Origin: Candidatus Kaiserbacteria bacterium | GTDB lineage: Bacteria > Patescibacteriota > Minisyncoccia > Phycocordibacterales > UBA2100 | Assembly (NCBI GenBank): GCA_016214605.1 | Contig: JACROD010000005.1 | Coordinates: 6,108 to 70,107 of the forward strand | DNA length: 64,000 nt | Direction of reading: 5' to 3' | In this document: positions 53,238 through 62,482 of the stretch, piece by piece | How the letters are laid out: each line of letters begins with the position of its first letter | Numbering within the stretch: the stretch's first letter is position 1 | Made by a program: the position numbers and the translations under genes | The notes under the pieces: generated by a model | What the model was told of the DNA's origin: nothing | Database searches by the model: none | Seen by the model: only the letters and a program-made list of their open reading frames with translations

Positions 53238-54965
53238 TTGTTTATAGTGGACAAGATAACAACCCTACCCATGCCACGAACCATTACAGCCATCATACCG
53301 GCCGCGGGCAAACCGACCAACCGGATCCTGCAGAATTCAAATCTTCCCGACACGATGATACCCATCAACGGCAAACCGGTGATCGGCTATATTTTGGAAG
53401 ACCTGCTTTCCCGCAAGATCACTGATGCGGTGATCGTACTGAGCAAGGCCGACACTCATACTGAAAAATACGTAAACCATAAGTTTGCGAACAAGATCAG
53501 CTTGCGCTTCATATACACCGCACACAAAAGAGGTGTCGGCTATTCCATCTATCTGGCCGCAAAACACTTGGATCCGAAGCATGGCATCCTTATTTATTTG
53601 GGCGATACGATCTACAAAGGTCCGCTCAAACTCCAGGAAAATACATTGGTCGTGTCTGACCAATACGAAGAATCGCGAAAATGGTGTTTTGTAGAGAAAA
53701 ATGGCACGACAATGCGTTTCCTCAACAAACCCGACACTTACGAAGGCACCGGGAAGATCCTGTGCGGTATATACTACCTTGCCTCGGGCAAAAAATTTGC
53801 AAAGAGTCTGCAGATGGCAGAAAAATCGCACCCACACATAGAGCTCTCGCACATATTGGAAGCGTATCAGAAACAGCGCGAGACCTTTCGTCTGGTCAAT
53901 GCCGTCAAATGGTACGACTGCGGCAACATCGAGAATTATTACGCCGCACGAGTCGATTTCTTACGATTGCGTAATTTCAACAAGCTCGACTACAATGCCA
54001 CGACAGGCGTCATCACCAAGTCGAGCGCAAACACCGAGAAGATCTGCCAAGAGATCAACTGGTTCCTCAATACTCCGGACAACCTTAAGGCACTGACCCC
54101 CCGCCTACTCGATCATGGCATCAACAAGGATCATGCTTACTACTCTATGGAGTACTACGGCTATCAGTCTTTGGCCGATATCTATTTGCACGCCCATCAA
54201 GATCTCGCGGTGTGGAGATCGATCTTGCGCCATATATTCTCGGTGATCGAACTTTTCAAAGAACATCCGGGACGGGTGCCATTGAGTGCATCTACCGATA
54301 TGTACGTAGACAAGACGCATGCGCGCATAAAAAGCCTGTGCGAGACTAAGGGATGGAAAGACCTCCTCTCGCTCCCGGAAATACAGATCAACGGACAAGT
54401 CTATAAAAATGTCGACCATTACCTGCCGCTATTGTCCGAGCGCATAAAAGATCTACACAAACAGCAGGACATGACCTTTATCCACGGCGACCTTTGTCTC
54501 AGCAATATTCTCTACGACACATCGAGCCGACTGATCAAACTGGTCGACCCGCGAGGATCTTTCGGTAAGCTCGGCGTATACGGCGATATCAAATACGACC
54601 TTGCAAAATTACGACACAGCTTCGACGGAAATTACGAATTCATAATTTCAGACCTCTTCAAGCTAGAAGAGCCCGCTTTTGGAGAATTCAGCTACCAGGT
54701 CTACACCGACGAACACCATGACCGCCTCTCTGCCCTCTTTGATGACATTCTCGCAAAGGCGGGTTATAGTCTCGATGACATCAAGCTCATTGAAGCGCTC
54801 CTGTTCGTCTCGATGATCCCCCTGCATCAGGGCGAACCACAGCGCCAAAAGGCCATGTATGTCACCGGTGTCAAGTTACTCGATCAAGCTTTTCCAACCC
54901 ATGCGAATCCTCATCGACCTCGACGGGACCATCTGCGAACTCCGCAAAAAGGGCCAAGATTATAG
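53238..54965 (+). CDS. Bifunctional protein: an N-terminal sugar-phosphate nucleotidyltransferase fused to a C-terminal APH/choline-kinase-fold sugar kinase (AmgK/MurU-like or LicA/LicC-like fusion).
   Basis: 575 aa. The nucleotidyltransferase N-terminus is AIIPAAGKPTNRI...MIPINGKPVIGYILEDL. The kinase Brenner motif is IHGDLCLSNILY with the downstream D.K/D region. The 3' tail (HANPHRPRRDHLRTPQKGPRL) overlaps the next gene. Confidence 0.6.
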   Translation: MFIVDKITTLPMPRTITAIIPAAGKPTNRILQNSNLPDTMIPINGKPVIGYILEDLLSRKITDAVIVLSKADTHTEKYVNHKFANKISLRFIYTAHKRGVGYSIYLAAKHLDPKHGILIYLGDTIYKGPLKLQENTLVVSDQYEESRKWCFVEKNGTTMRFLNKPDTYEGTGKILCGIYYLASGKKFAKSLQMAEKSHPHIELSHILEAYQKQRETFRLVNAVKWYDCGNIENYYAARVDFLRLRNFNKLDYNATTGVITKSSANTEKICQEINWFLNTPDNLKALTPRLLDHGINKDHAYYSMEYYGYQSLADIYLHAHQDLAVWRSILRHIFSVIELFKEHPGRVPLSASTDMYVDKTHARIKSLCETKGWKDLLSLPEIQINGQVYKNVDHYLPLLSERIKDLHKQQDMTFIHGDLCLSNILYDTSSRLIKLVDPRGSFGKLGVYGDIKYDLAKLRHSFDGNYEFIISDLFKLEEPAFGEFSYQVYTDEHHDRLSALFDDILAKAGYSLDDIKLIEALLFVSMIPLHQGEPQRQKAMYVTGVKLLDQAFPTHANPHRPRRDHLRTPQKGPRL

Positions 54966-55974
54966 CGACGTGCGGATCAATCCGCAGGCCGTGGAACGAT
55001 TACGCACACTCAAAGCTGCCGGACACTACATCATCCTTCAGACGGCCCGCCATATGAAGACCTGCAGTGGCGATCAAGGACAGGTCGTCGCCAAGATCGG
55101 CAAAAAGACTCTGGACTGGCTCGCTCGGCATGAGATCCCCTACGACGAGATCTACTTCGGCAAACCGTATGCTGATGTGTATCTCGACGACAACGCACGC
55201 ACTTTTATATCATGGGAAGATATCAGTGCGCCTGAGTGGGATACAGAGCGCGTCAATATCCTGATCCCAATGGCCGGGCGGGGTTCACGATTCGCACAAG
55301 CAGGATTCACCGATCCCAAGCCTTTGATACCGACCCATGGCGCCACCATGGTGGAGTGGGCCATGAGGTCATTTGATTTTCTCAAACAGATCAAACGATA
55401 CAAGCTAATCTTCATCATTCTCAAGGAGCACGACGAGAAATACAAATTATCTACAGAGCTCAAAAGAAAGTTCGGTCAAGATACTGTGGTCATTGCGATC
55501 GATGAAGTAACGCGCGGCCAGGCCGAGACCTGCCTCGCTGCCACATCCCACATAGACAACTACAACCAACTCTTCATCTACAACTGCGATACCTATTCGA
55601 CCAGCAAGATCTGGGATCTGATCCAAGAAGAAAAGCCTGATGGCGTCATCCCTGTGTTTACTGCGACCGACCCGCGCTACAGCTATGCCAAAGTGGACGA
55701 GTACGGCTACGTACAACAAACAGCAGAGAAGAGGGCCATCTCGGACCAAGCCTCCACCGGCATGTACTATTTCAAACGCGGATCCGATTTTGTGAGAGCC
55801 GCAGAAAAGATGATCGCCACAGGCGAAATGCACAACGGCGAATTCTACGTGATCCCCTGCTACAATGAGCTTCTAAAGTCCGGCAAAAATATCCGCACCA
55901 TCCCCGTCGATGATTACTGGGTACTCGGGACCCCTGAAGAATTGGAAACATTTAACAAAAATTTTAAGGGCTGA
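54901..55974 (+). CDS. Bifunctional HAD-superfamily phosphatase (N-terminal, DxDGT motif) fused to a sugar-1-phosphate nucleotidyltransferase.
   Basis: The track ORF starts at 54859. The probable start is MRILIDLDGTICE at 54901, where HAD motif I sits at the N-terminus. The nucleotidyltransferase motif is ILIPMAGRGSRFAQAGFTDPKPLIP. Confidence 0.6.
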   Translation: MRILIDLDGTICELRKKGQDYSDVRINPQAVERLRTLKAAGHYIILQTARHMKTCSGDQGQVVAKIGKKTLDWLARHEIPYDEIYFGKPYADVYLDDNARTFISWEDISAPEWDTERVNILIPMAGRGSRFAQAGFTDPKPLIPTHGATMVEWAMRSFDFLKQIKRYKLIFIILKEHDEKYKLSTELKRKFGQDTVVIAIDEVTRGQAETCLAATSHIDNYNQLFIYNCDTYSTSKIWDLIQEEKPDGVIPVFTATDPRYSYAKVDEYGYVQQTAEKRAISDQASTGMYYFKRGSDFVRAAEKMIATGEMHNGEFYVIPCYNELLKSGKNIRTIPVDDYWVLGTPEELETFNKNFKG

Positions 55975-56074
55975 AATTCTCCCTGCATCTGATACAGCGC
56001 ACTGGTCGTGCCTTGAAGATACGGTGTCGCCTCAAACGTACAACTCATTTTCACTGGAGTTTTTGTTTGTAAGA

Positions 56075-56103
56075 AATCCCTGCCGAGAGACCCGGCAGGG
56101 ATT
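56075..56103. terminator. Hairpin atccctgccg-agagacc-cggcagggat (10-bp stem) between convergent gene ends.
   Basis: Read from the sequence. Flanking U/A tracts are imperfect. Confidence 0.35.
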
Positions 56104-56123
56104 GGATGGAATAGATCGATCAT

Positions 56124-57137
56124 TCACTTCAACCATTGATCGAGCCTATTCAGAAGCACCGCCTGTGTCGGGTCGAGCGAGATGAAGATCGCACCCACTA
56201 CGATGACCATCGATAGCAGGATGCGCCGCTTGCCAGATTTTTCACCAAGCAACCACACCGCACCCACCGCGACAAACACCAACGACAAACGCTTCAAACT
56301 TCCAATGGAAGCAATCGGTGCAAGTCGATATGACACCCCTAGAAGAATAGATGGTAATCCGAATACGATTCCCATTATTATCATGCGATACAAGTGTGAC
56401 TGTAATCGCTCCATGAAAGGACCTGTGGATCTCTCATCATGCGCTTGATTAGGCACGCAAATCAGAAAGACTCCGCCGAGTACTCCATATTGGATCGTGA
56501 CCGCCAAGATCATGTCGCCGTGACGCGCAATGAGCCCGTCTCCCAACAGCCCCATCGTACTACAACAGGCAGCTAAATACGCCCATCGCAACGCGCGAAT
56601 ATCATTCCGCTCGGCTTCTGGAAATCTCTCTAGTGACGAAAATATTCTCCAAAAGAATAACGGCATGAAATACGCTTGCCATGAAGCCCCTTCACGCACA
56701 TGCACAAAGGTACCGATCGCGACAATGATAATACCAACGATCCCCCACGCGCCCGGACGCTCTCCGATAAGTATCGTAGTGATCATGATCAACCCGGGAG
56801 TCATTGCACCAATGGGAGCAATGAATGAGGTTTCAGCAAGCCTTGCCGAGCGCATATTGGCGAACTGAATGATCACATTGAATACCGTCGTCAATATGAG
56901 TCCGAACACCCACACTGGTAGATTTGCCTCCTCGATGGCCAGAGTATTCCACCACGGACCTATGACGATAAGGGATAGGAAACATAAGACCGCAGCGATC
57001 ACACATTGCCCCACGAGCAACTCTTTCTCAGTAAATATCCCCAACATTAGAAGATACTTACGGTAAAGGAACGTCGCCGCTATGGGAAATATCGCGACGA
57101 TCGTCAGAACAAGCGCTAGATTATTCACGATGCACAC
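56124..57137 (-). CDS. DMT-superfamily (EamA-like) transporter with 10 TM helices.
   Basis: 337 aa. The hydrophobic profile is that of duplicated EamA-like halves. It is adjacent to the nonulosonic-acid genes. Confidence 0.6.
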   Translation of the reverse strand: MCIVNNLALVLTIVAIFPIAATFLYRKYLLMLGIFTEKELLVGQCVIAAVLCFLSLIVIGPWWNTLAIEEANLPVWVFGLILTTVFNVIIQFANMRSARLAETSFIAPIGAMTPGLIMITTILIGERPGAWGIVGIIIVAIGTFVHVREGASWQAYFMPLFFWRIFSSLERFPEAERNDIRALRWAYLAACCSTMGLLGDGLIARHGDMILAVTIQYGVLGGVFLICVPNQAHDERSTGPFMERLQSHLYRMIIMGIVFGLPSILLGVSYRLAPIASIGSLKRLSLVFVAVGAVWLLGEKSGKRRILLSMVIVVGAIFISLDPTQAVLLNRLDQWLK

Positions 57138-57176
57138 CTCCCGTCACTTATTCACTGATGGACAGTATATACGAAA

Positions 57177-57917
57177 TTAGCCATTCGTCAAGTTTTGTTG
57201 TCCTATTTGTAGCATCTTCATCTTCACCTCAGCTACAAGCCAATCTTCCTGCGTGTCGATGTCCATGGCGTATTTGTTGTCCATCTCATACCCATAGGTG
57301 CTGTTCCCCCACAGACTATTATTACCATCAAATAAATTACTGTACCTAAACGCGTATATTGCGGAATTAATGAAATACGATTCCGGCACATCTTGGTTGC
57401 GATGTATGAGATTGCGCAAGATCGCGCCGTCACCTACCCGTGTGACCACTCCCTGTTCATCTCGTGCCAATTGCTTGAGATGGCTAAAGTGACCCGGCAC
57501 TTTTGAGATGCCGACCAGTGAATCAAAATTGTTTCTCTCCTTGAGGAGTTGCGCCACCTCTTTGATGTGAAATGATTGACGCCCCGGAGACGACGGCTCG
57601 AGGAGGATAATCCAATCGGGCACATATCCGTCGATTTCTTTGAGTTTTTGGACGGCATACACAATGACGTCAAAGATACGAGCGGTGTCGCTCGCCAATT
57701 CCGCAGGCTCCATAAACGGAACTTCTATTCCGGCTTGTTCTGCCATCTTCGCAATTGCCGGACTATCGGTCGAGAGCACGAAGCGATCGAAGACACCACC
57801 GGCTATGCCGGTCTGTATGGACCATGTAATAAGCGGCTTCCCCAAAAAATCTTTTATATTTTTCCCAGGCAAGCGTTTACTGCCGCCACGCGCCACGACT
57901 AAACCTAGAATTTTCAT
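57177..57917 (-). CDS. neuA: Acylneuraminate (nonulosonate) cytidylyltransferase, a CMP-NulO synthetase.
   Basis: 246 aa. The N-terminus LVVARGGSKRLPGKNIKDFLGKPLI is typical of the CMP-NeuAc/CMP-Kdo synthetase family. Confidence 0.8.
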   Translation of the reverse strand: MKILGLVVARGGSKRLPGKNIKDFLGKPLITWSIQTGIAGGVFDRFVLSTDSPAIAKMAEQAGIEVPFMEPAELASDTARIFDVIVYAVQKLKEIDGYVPDWIILLEPSSPGRQSFHIKEVAQLLKERNNFDSLVGISKVPGHFSHLKQLARDEQGVVTRVGDGAILRNLIHRNQDVPESYFINSAIYAFRYSNLFDGNNSLWGNSTYGYEMDNKYAMDIDTQEDWLVAEVKMKMLQIGQQNLTNG

Positions 57918-58276
57918 GCTTTCGAAGTATTACGTATCATGATATCGACAAGTGTATTATCCGCCGCAACCACAGGAACGAGGTTGAAGCCTACATGATC
58001 GCCAAATATCTTTTCTGCCTCCGCTTCTTTGTTGATCGTATCCGGAAGTACGACACTATTCGTATTCACTAATTTCATGATGGGTGTAAGCATGGTTGCT
58101 CCCTTGAGCATGGCACGACGCACATCACCATCAGCAACAATGCCGTAAACTATATTTCGATCATCCACAACAATTACGGCACCGTGCTTGTTCTCGGTGA
58201 TACAGGTCAGAGCATCAGCGATCGTGCCATCTGAACTCATGAAAAAATTTGGGTATGCGGAGAGTTTGTTTTTCAT
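57914..58276 (-). CDS. CBS-pair domain protein (120 aa). It overlaps the neuA-like gene by 4 nt.
   Basis: Two CBS-like motifs are present. CBS modules accompany nucleotidyltransferases in legionaminic-acid-type clusters (PtmE-like). Confidence 0.65.
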   Translation of the reverse strand: MKNKLSAYPNFFMSSDGTIADALTCITENKHGAVIVVDDRNIVYGIVADGDVRRAMLKGATMLTPIMKLVNTNSVVLPDTINKEAEAEKIFGDHVGFNLVPVVAADNTLVDIMIRNTSKA

Positions 58277-58285
58277 ACCTTTATA

Positions 58286-59452
58286 TTAGTACATAATTTT
58301 CTTAACCAATAATGTTTCACTGACGGGAGTCTTCGCGATGATATCTACAATACGCTTAGCAGATTTACCATCGCCGTAGGGATTCACACAATTCTTAAGC
58401 GAACGCTTGAATTCTTTTGAGAGAGCTTTCGCTATAGCATTCTGTATTTCCTTCCTCACATATCCTGCATTAATCACGTTCTTACCTTGAAGACGGCCAC
58501 GTTCCCGATTACCGATATTGACCGCTGGCAGTTTGAAAGACGGGGCCTCGAGGATGCCGGAGGAGGAATTACCCACCAACACATCGGCACTCGCCATGAG
58601 ACCTGCATAATCTTCGCGTGCGAGGTTAGGAAAGATTCTCATTGAAGGAGTGCGGTGTTCGTGTATCGCCTTTGTCACGAGATTACTGCCAGCATCAGAG
58701 TTATTGAGCACAATGACAACGTTTGCATCAAATTGCTTTACTGCCTCGAGCGTCTCTTTCATTTGCTCACCTGCGCGCTCAAACTCTTCCGTCACGGGAT
58801 GTTGTGCAACCACAATGAGTGGTTTGCCATTGTCAGGAATTCCCAACTTCTTAAAAAGCTCTTTCTTGGGGGTCACCTTCCCACCCAAAAGATCATCGAG
58901 CTGCGGCGCACCAACATTATGTATACGGAAGGGTTCTTCTCCCATTTTTTTTACGCGACGAGCGGCATCTTCGTTGGCCGCAAAATGTAGGTGAGCGAAT
59001 TTTGTGATGGCATGACGAGTGACACCATCGATATTTCCGGAAACCTCGCCTGATTGAATGTGGCCCACGGGCAAATAGAGATGTGCGCCGACAATAGCCG
59101 CAATTAACTGTTCACCACGATCCCCGCCAACAAGGACAAAGTCGGCCTGCATGCCATGAAGAATCTCCGGTAATTGGAGCATAAATATAGAAAGAGACTT
59201 CGCCATCGTAAGTCGACTGTATCCGTCTAGGGTATTGTGTACGACCGCATCAATTTTAAAGCCCTCGCGACGTATTTCATCGATGGAGGAACCGAATCGA
59301 TCCAGGAGATGCATATTGCTCACAATGATGCCATAGTCGAGATCCGGGTGTTTTTCAATCTCACGGATTATAGGCTGATAGTAGCCCCACTCCCCGCGCG
59401 ACCCGGCTACGATTGCAATCTTTAGCTTCTTTTTTGCCTGTTTTTTAGCCAT
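58286..59452 (-). CDS. neuC: UDP-N-acetylglucosamine 2-epimerase, hydrolysing type (NeuC/LegG-like).
   Basis: 388 aa. Segments VGGDRGEQLIAAIVGAHLYLPVGHIQSGEVSGNIDGVTRHAITKFAHLHFAAN match the NeuC family. Confidence 0.85.
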   Translation of the reverse strand: MAKKQAKKKLKIAIVAGSRGEWGYYQPIIREIEKHPDLDYGIIVSNMHLLDRFGSSIDEIRREGFKIDAVVHNTLDGYSRLTMAKSLSIFMLQLPEILHGMQADFVLVGGDRGEQLIAAIVGAHLYLPVGHIQSGEVSGNIDGVTRHAITKFAHLHFAANEDAARRVKKMGEEPFRIHNVGAPQLDDLLGGKVTPKKELFKKLGIPDNGKPLIVVAQHPVTEEFERAGEQMKETLEAVKQFDANVVIVLNNSDAGSNLVTKAIHEHRTPSMRIFPNLAREDYAGLMASADVLVGNSSSGILEAPSFKLPAVNIGNRERGRLQGKNVINAGYVRKEIQNAIAKALSKEFKRSLKNCVNPYGDGKSAKRIVDIIAKTPVSETLLVKKIMY

Positions 59453-59545
59453 GTTTCAGTACTGTACAATAATATTTAGAAATACGCAAGACATTCGATT
59501 TGGACTCTCTTACACGATCTCACGATGTTCTTTTCGCTACGAATC

Positions 59546-60598
59546 TTAGCTCAGATCGTCCCACTGTACGATATCATTGACCACCAAATCATGCCTTGCT
59601 TTCTTGCCAAGCAATGCTTTTGAATACATCGGGTCAAGATACTTCGCGGGAATACCGGAACCAGGCCTTTTGGGCATCAGATTTTCAAGGGATAGTTCTT
59701 CTCCTGCTTTAATATCGCGCGATGCGATCACGCTATGAAATGCCCAATCGCGAACGACTTGTTCTTCTTTTGAAATAGTCTTTTCAGACCCAAGCCCAAC
59801 TTCTATTTTGCGTATCCCATCAACAAGCTCCTTGAGCATATGTGGCTCCAGCGAAATGAAATGATCAGGACCCTTTTGGTTTCGATCAAGTGTAAAATGC
59901 TTTTCGACTACTTTTGCGCCGAGCGCCACTGAAGCGTACGCAGTGTAATTATCCATCGTATGATCGCTTTGACCCACCATCACTCCGAATCTATCCTGGA
60001 GTACTTTAATGAGACCTAGATTGGCATGTGAATAATCATTCGGCGGATACTCAGACGTACAGTTGGTAAGCACAAGATTGTCCTTAGCACCTTCTTCTTC
60101 ATAGACCTTGACGGTATCGACTATTTCTTCGATCAAACACATGCCGGTGGACACAATGACAGGCTTCCCGGTCGCCTTTGATATCTTGGCAAGTTTGCGA
60201 TGATGCGGGAGATTCATGATCTCTCCAGAGCCAGTCTTAAAGGCCTTGACTCCCAGATCATTAAGGACGTCGACCGCGGTCGGGCAAAAAGGCGTACAAA
60301 GGTATTCAATACCGACCTGTTCGCAGTATGCCATCATCTCTTTGTGCATTTCTGGTGTAAAGAGATTACGTTTGAGTATCTCGTAGAGATCGCCGTCCCA
60401 CATATGCACCTTCCCAGGAACCATCTCAATATCAGGTAGATGGATCTGAAACTTAGCAACATCTGCCCCCATCTCCTTTGCCGCATCAACGAGTTTCTTG
60501 GCCGTCTCGATGCTACCGTTATGAGAATCTGCCAGCTCGGCGATAATAACAGTCTTCGGTCCGCCGATAATTAATTTACCAAAATTGAGTTGTTTCAT
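59546..60598 (-). CDS. neuB: N-acetylneuraminate (nonulosonate) synthase, NeuB/LegI/PseI family, with a C-terminal SAF domain.
   Basis: 350 aa. Segments IIAELADSHNGSIETAKKLVDAAKEMGADVAKFQ...KTGSGE...QSDHT match the NeuB TIM-barrel. The C-terminal antifreeze-like domain is present. Confidence 0.85.
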   Translation of the reverse strand: MKQLNFGKLIIGGPKTVIIAELADSHNGSIETAKKLVDAAKEMGADVAKFQIHLPDIEMVPGKVHMWDGDLYEILKRNLFTPEMHKEMMAYCEQVGIEYLCTPFCPTAVDVLNDLGVKAFKTGSGEIMNLPHHRKLAKISKATGKPVIVSTGMCLIEEIVDTVKVYEEEGAKDNLVLTNCTSEYPPNDYSHANLGLIKVLQDRFGVMVGQSDHTMDNYTAYASVALGAKVVEKHFTLDRNQKGPDHFISLEPHMLKELVDGIRKIEVGLGSEKTISKEEQVVRDWAFHSVIASRDIKAGEELSLENLMPKRPGSGIPAKYLDPMYSKALLGKKARHDLVVNDIVQWDDLS

Positions 60599-60672
60599 AT
60601 ACAGATAGTATATACATGGCTCATCAGGATAACAATAGAAAGAGGCGCATGTATGAAGTGCGCCTCTGGTAG

Positions 60673-61401
60673 TCAGCGATTAAAATTGCCACCATCTACG
60701 ATAATGTCCGTCGCATTGATCGCGGGATTGGTTGCGATCAACATAACCACTGATGCAACTTCTTCGGTCGTTATCGAGCGACCAAGCAGTGACTCGCTAC
60801 ATGCCTCCTTATATCCATTCGGGTTGGTCGTCAGCATAGGCGTGTCGATCGCACCAAGAGTCAACGCAACCGAACGAATCGGCCGAACATCCGGATGAAA
60901 TGCCCAGGAACGGGAAAGTGCCATTAACCCTCCCTTACTAGCCGTATACGCCTGTGCATAAGGCAACTTACCATATGCCCATATAGACGAGCTTGTGATG
61001 ATGCAACTTACTTCAGATCGCACCATATGAGGAACGGCATGTTTGACGAAGAGCACTGCACCCTCAAGATTCACGGACATCACGCGCCGGAAATCATCCA
61101 GATTCACATCGAGCGGACCTTGACAGACCACCGAGCGTCCTTCGATGAAGTCGGCACTTGCGCCAATACCGTGATTAATGAAGAGTACATCAATCGGACC
61201 AAAGCGATCAGTCGCCGCTTTCACAATCCTCTGTACATCTTCCTCACTACTCGCATCACCCTTTACGAGGTGGTGATCTTGCTCGATTGGCGTACGAACA
61301 TCAGTGATGGTCACTGAAAATTCGCTCCTTTCGAACAAATCCGCGGTCGCGAGACCAATGCCGCCAGCACCGCCAGTAACAAGGATATGTTTCTTTTTCA
61401 T
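60673..61401 (-). CDS. Short-chain dehydrogenase/reductase (SDR).
   Basis: 242 aa. The TGGAGGIG Rossmann motif and the YTASKGG (YxxxK) catalytic motif are present. Confidence 0.8.
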   Translation of the reverse strand: MKKKHILVTGGAGGIGLATADLFERSEFSVTITDVRTPIEQDHHLVKGDASSEEDVQRIVKAATDRFGPIDVLFINHGIGASADFIEGRSVVCQGPLDVNLDDFRRVMSVNLEGAVLFVKHAVPHMVRSEVSCIITSSSIWAYGKLPYAQAYTASKGGLMALSRSWAFHPDVRPIRSVALTLGAIDTPMLTTNPNGYKEACSESLLGRSITTEEVASVVMLIATNPAINATDIIVDGGNFNR

Positions 61402-61476
61402 GGGATAGCCTTTCTCAGTTTTTCTAAATAATATTGTATATTATATATCGAAATAAGTCAATAGGCATCAAAAATC

Positions 61477-62442
61477 CTATATCGGTCTTTGGAGGAAAAA
61501 ACAAGCTTGATCCCCTCTCTGATTTGCGTTCAATTCTCTTGCTCGCGCCTCAAATGCGGCAATTTTCTCAGTCGAGAATATTGAATGAGTGGGATCAATC
61601 TTGTACGAGCGCGGGTCCACAAGCGGGATATCCCGCTTATATTGTTCACTTCCCCAAAATTGAAATCCCCTGGAATCAAAAACGACATCGGTCGTTTCAA
61701 ATCCGACCTCGTCCGCAAGGATCTTCATACTCTTCTGTGTATGCACTATGAGGTGACGCGGTGGGTCCAGGTCTACCCAATTCTCGCGGTACTTCTCCCA
61801 AGCCTCTGATGAAGCAACGGGAATACGGATCAGCACATAATGCCCCGGCTTGATCAGACGATATAGATTCTTAAGGACCGCGCGAGAATCAGCCATATGC
61901 TCAAATGCATGATGAAGCATGATGAAGTCGAATGATTCAGTGAGGTCTGCGAGATCTTGTTTTTTGATCCTGACCCCGCTCGGATATGCGATGTCCGCCT
62001 CTATAAAAGGATCGATTCCTCGGAGGTTTGTAAATCCGTCTTTTGCCAATGCCTGAAGAAATGCGCCCGTACCGCAACCAACATCCAAGATCGAAGAATT
62101 GAGGCCGACATTACGCTTGCCGAGCCATGCATACCACTGCGGCAGACCGTACCACTTGATAAAAAGGAATCCGATCGGATTTTTCTTGTAGAGCGCATAC
62201 CGCGCACGCTGTCGTTTGAGGAAGAGTTTTAGGCCACTGTCTTTCTGGGGAGTAGTTGTATCAAATGAATAGTATTCGGGCGGATAGTATCGACCCAGGT
62301 CCGCTGGAACTTCACTTATTTGGACACATCCGCATGAGGCACACTCGATATACTTAAACTCATCGCGTGTACCAAACATCATTTCGCGTACCTGATATTC
62401 TCTATTTCCGTCACTGTTGTGACATACGCGACAAGCCATCAT
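61477..62442 (-). CDS. Class I SAM-dependent methyltransferase with an N-terminal CxxC...CxxC zinc ribbon.
   Basis: 321 aa. CRVCHN...CASCGC precedes the ILDVGCGTGAFL SAM-binding motif I. Confidence 0.75.
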   Translation of the reverse strand: MMACRVCHNSDGNREYQVREMMFGTRDEFKYIECASCGCVQISEVPADLGRYYPPEYYSFDTTTPQKDSGLKLFLKRQRARYALYKKNPIGFLFIKWYGLPQWYAWLGKRNVGLNSSILDVGCGTGAFLQALAKDGFTNLRGIDPFIEADIAYPSGVRIKKQDLADLTESFDFIMLHHAFEHMADSRAVLKNLYRLIKPGHYVLIRIPVASSEAWEKYRENWVDLDPPRHLIVHTQKSMKILADEVGFETTDVVFDSRGFQFWGSEQYKRDIPLVDPRSYKIDPTHSIFSTEKIAAFEARARELNANQRGDQACFFLQRPI

Positions 62443-62482
62443 TCGTGCTATTTTAGCAATTACACGACTCTTGGCAACAAGA

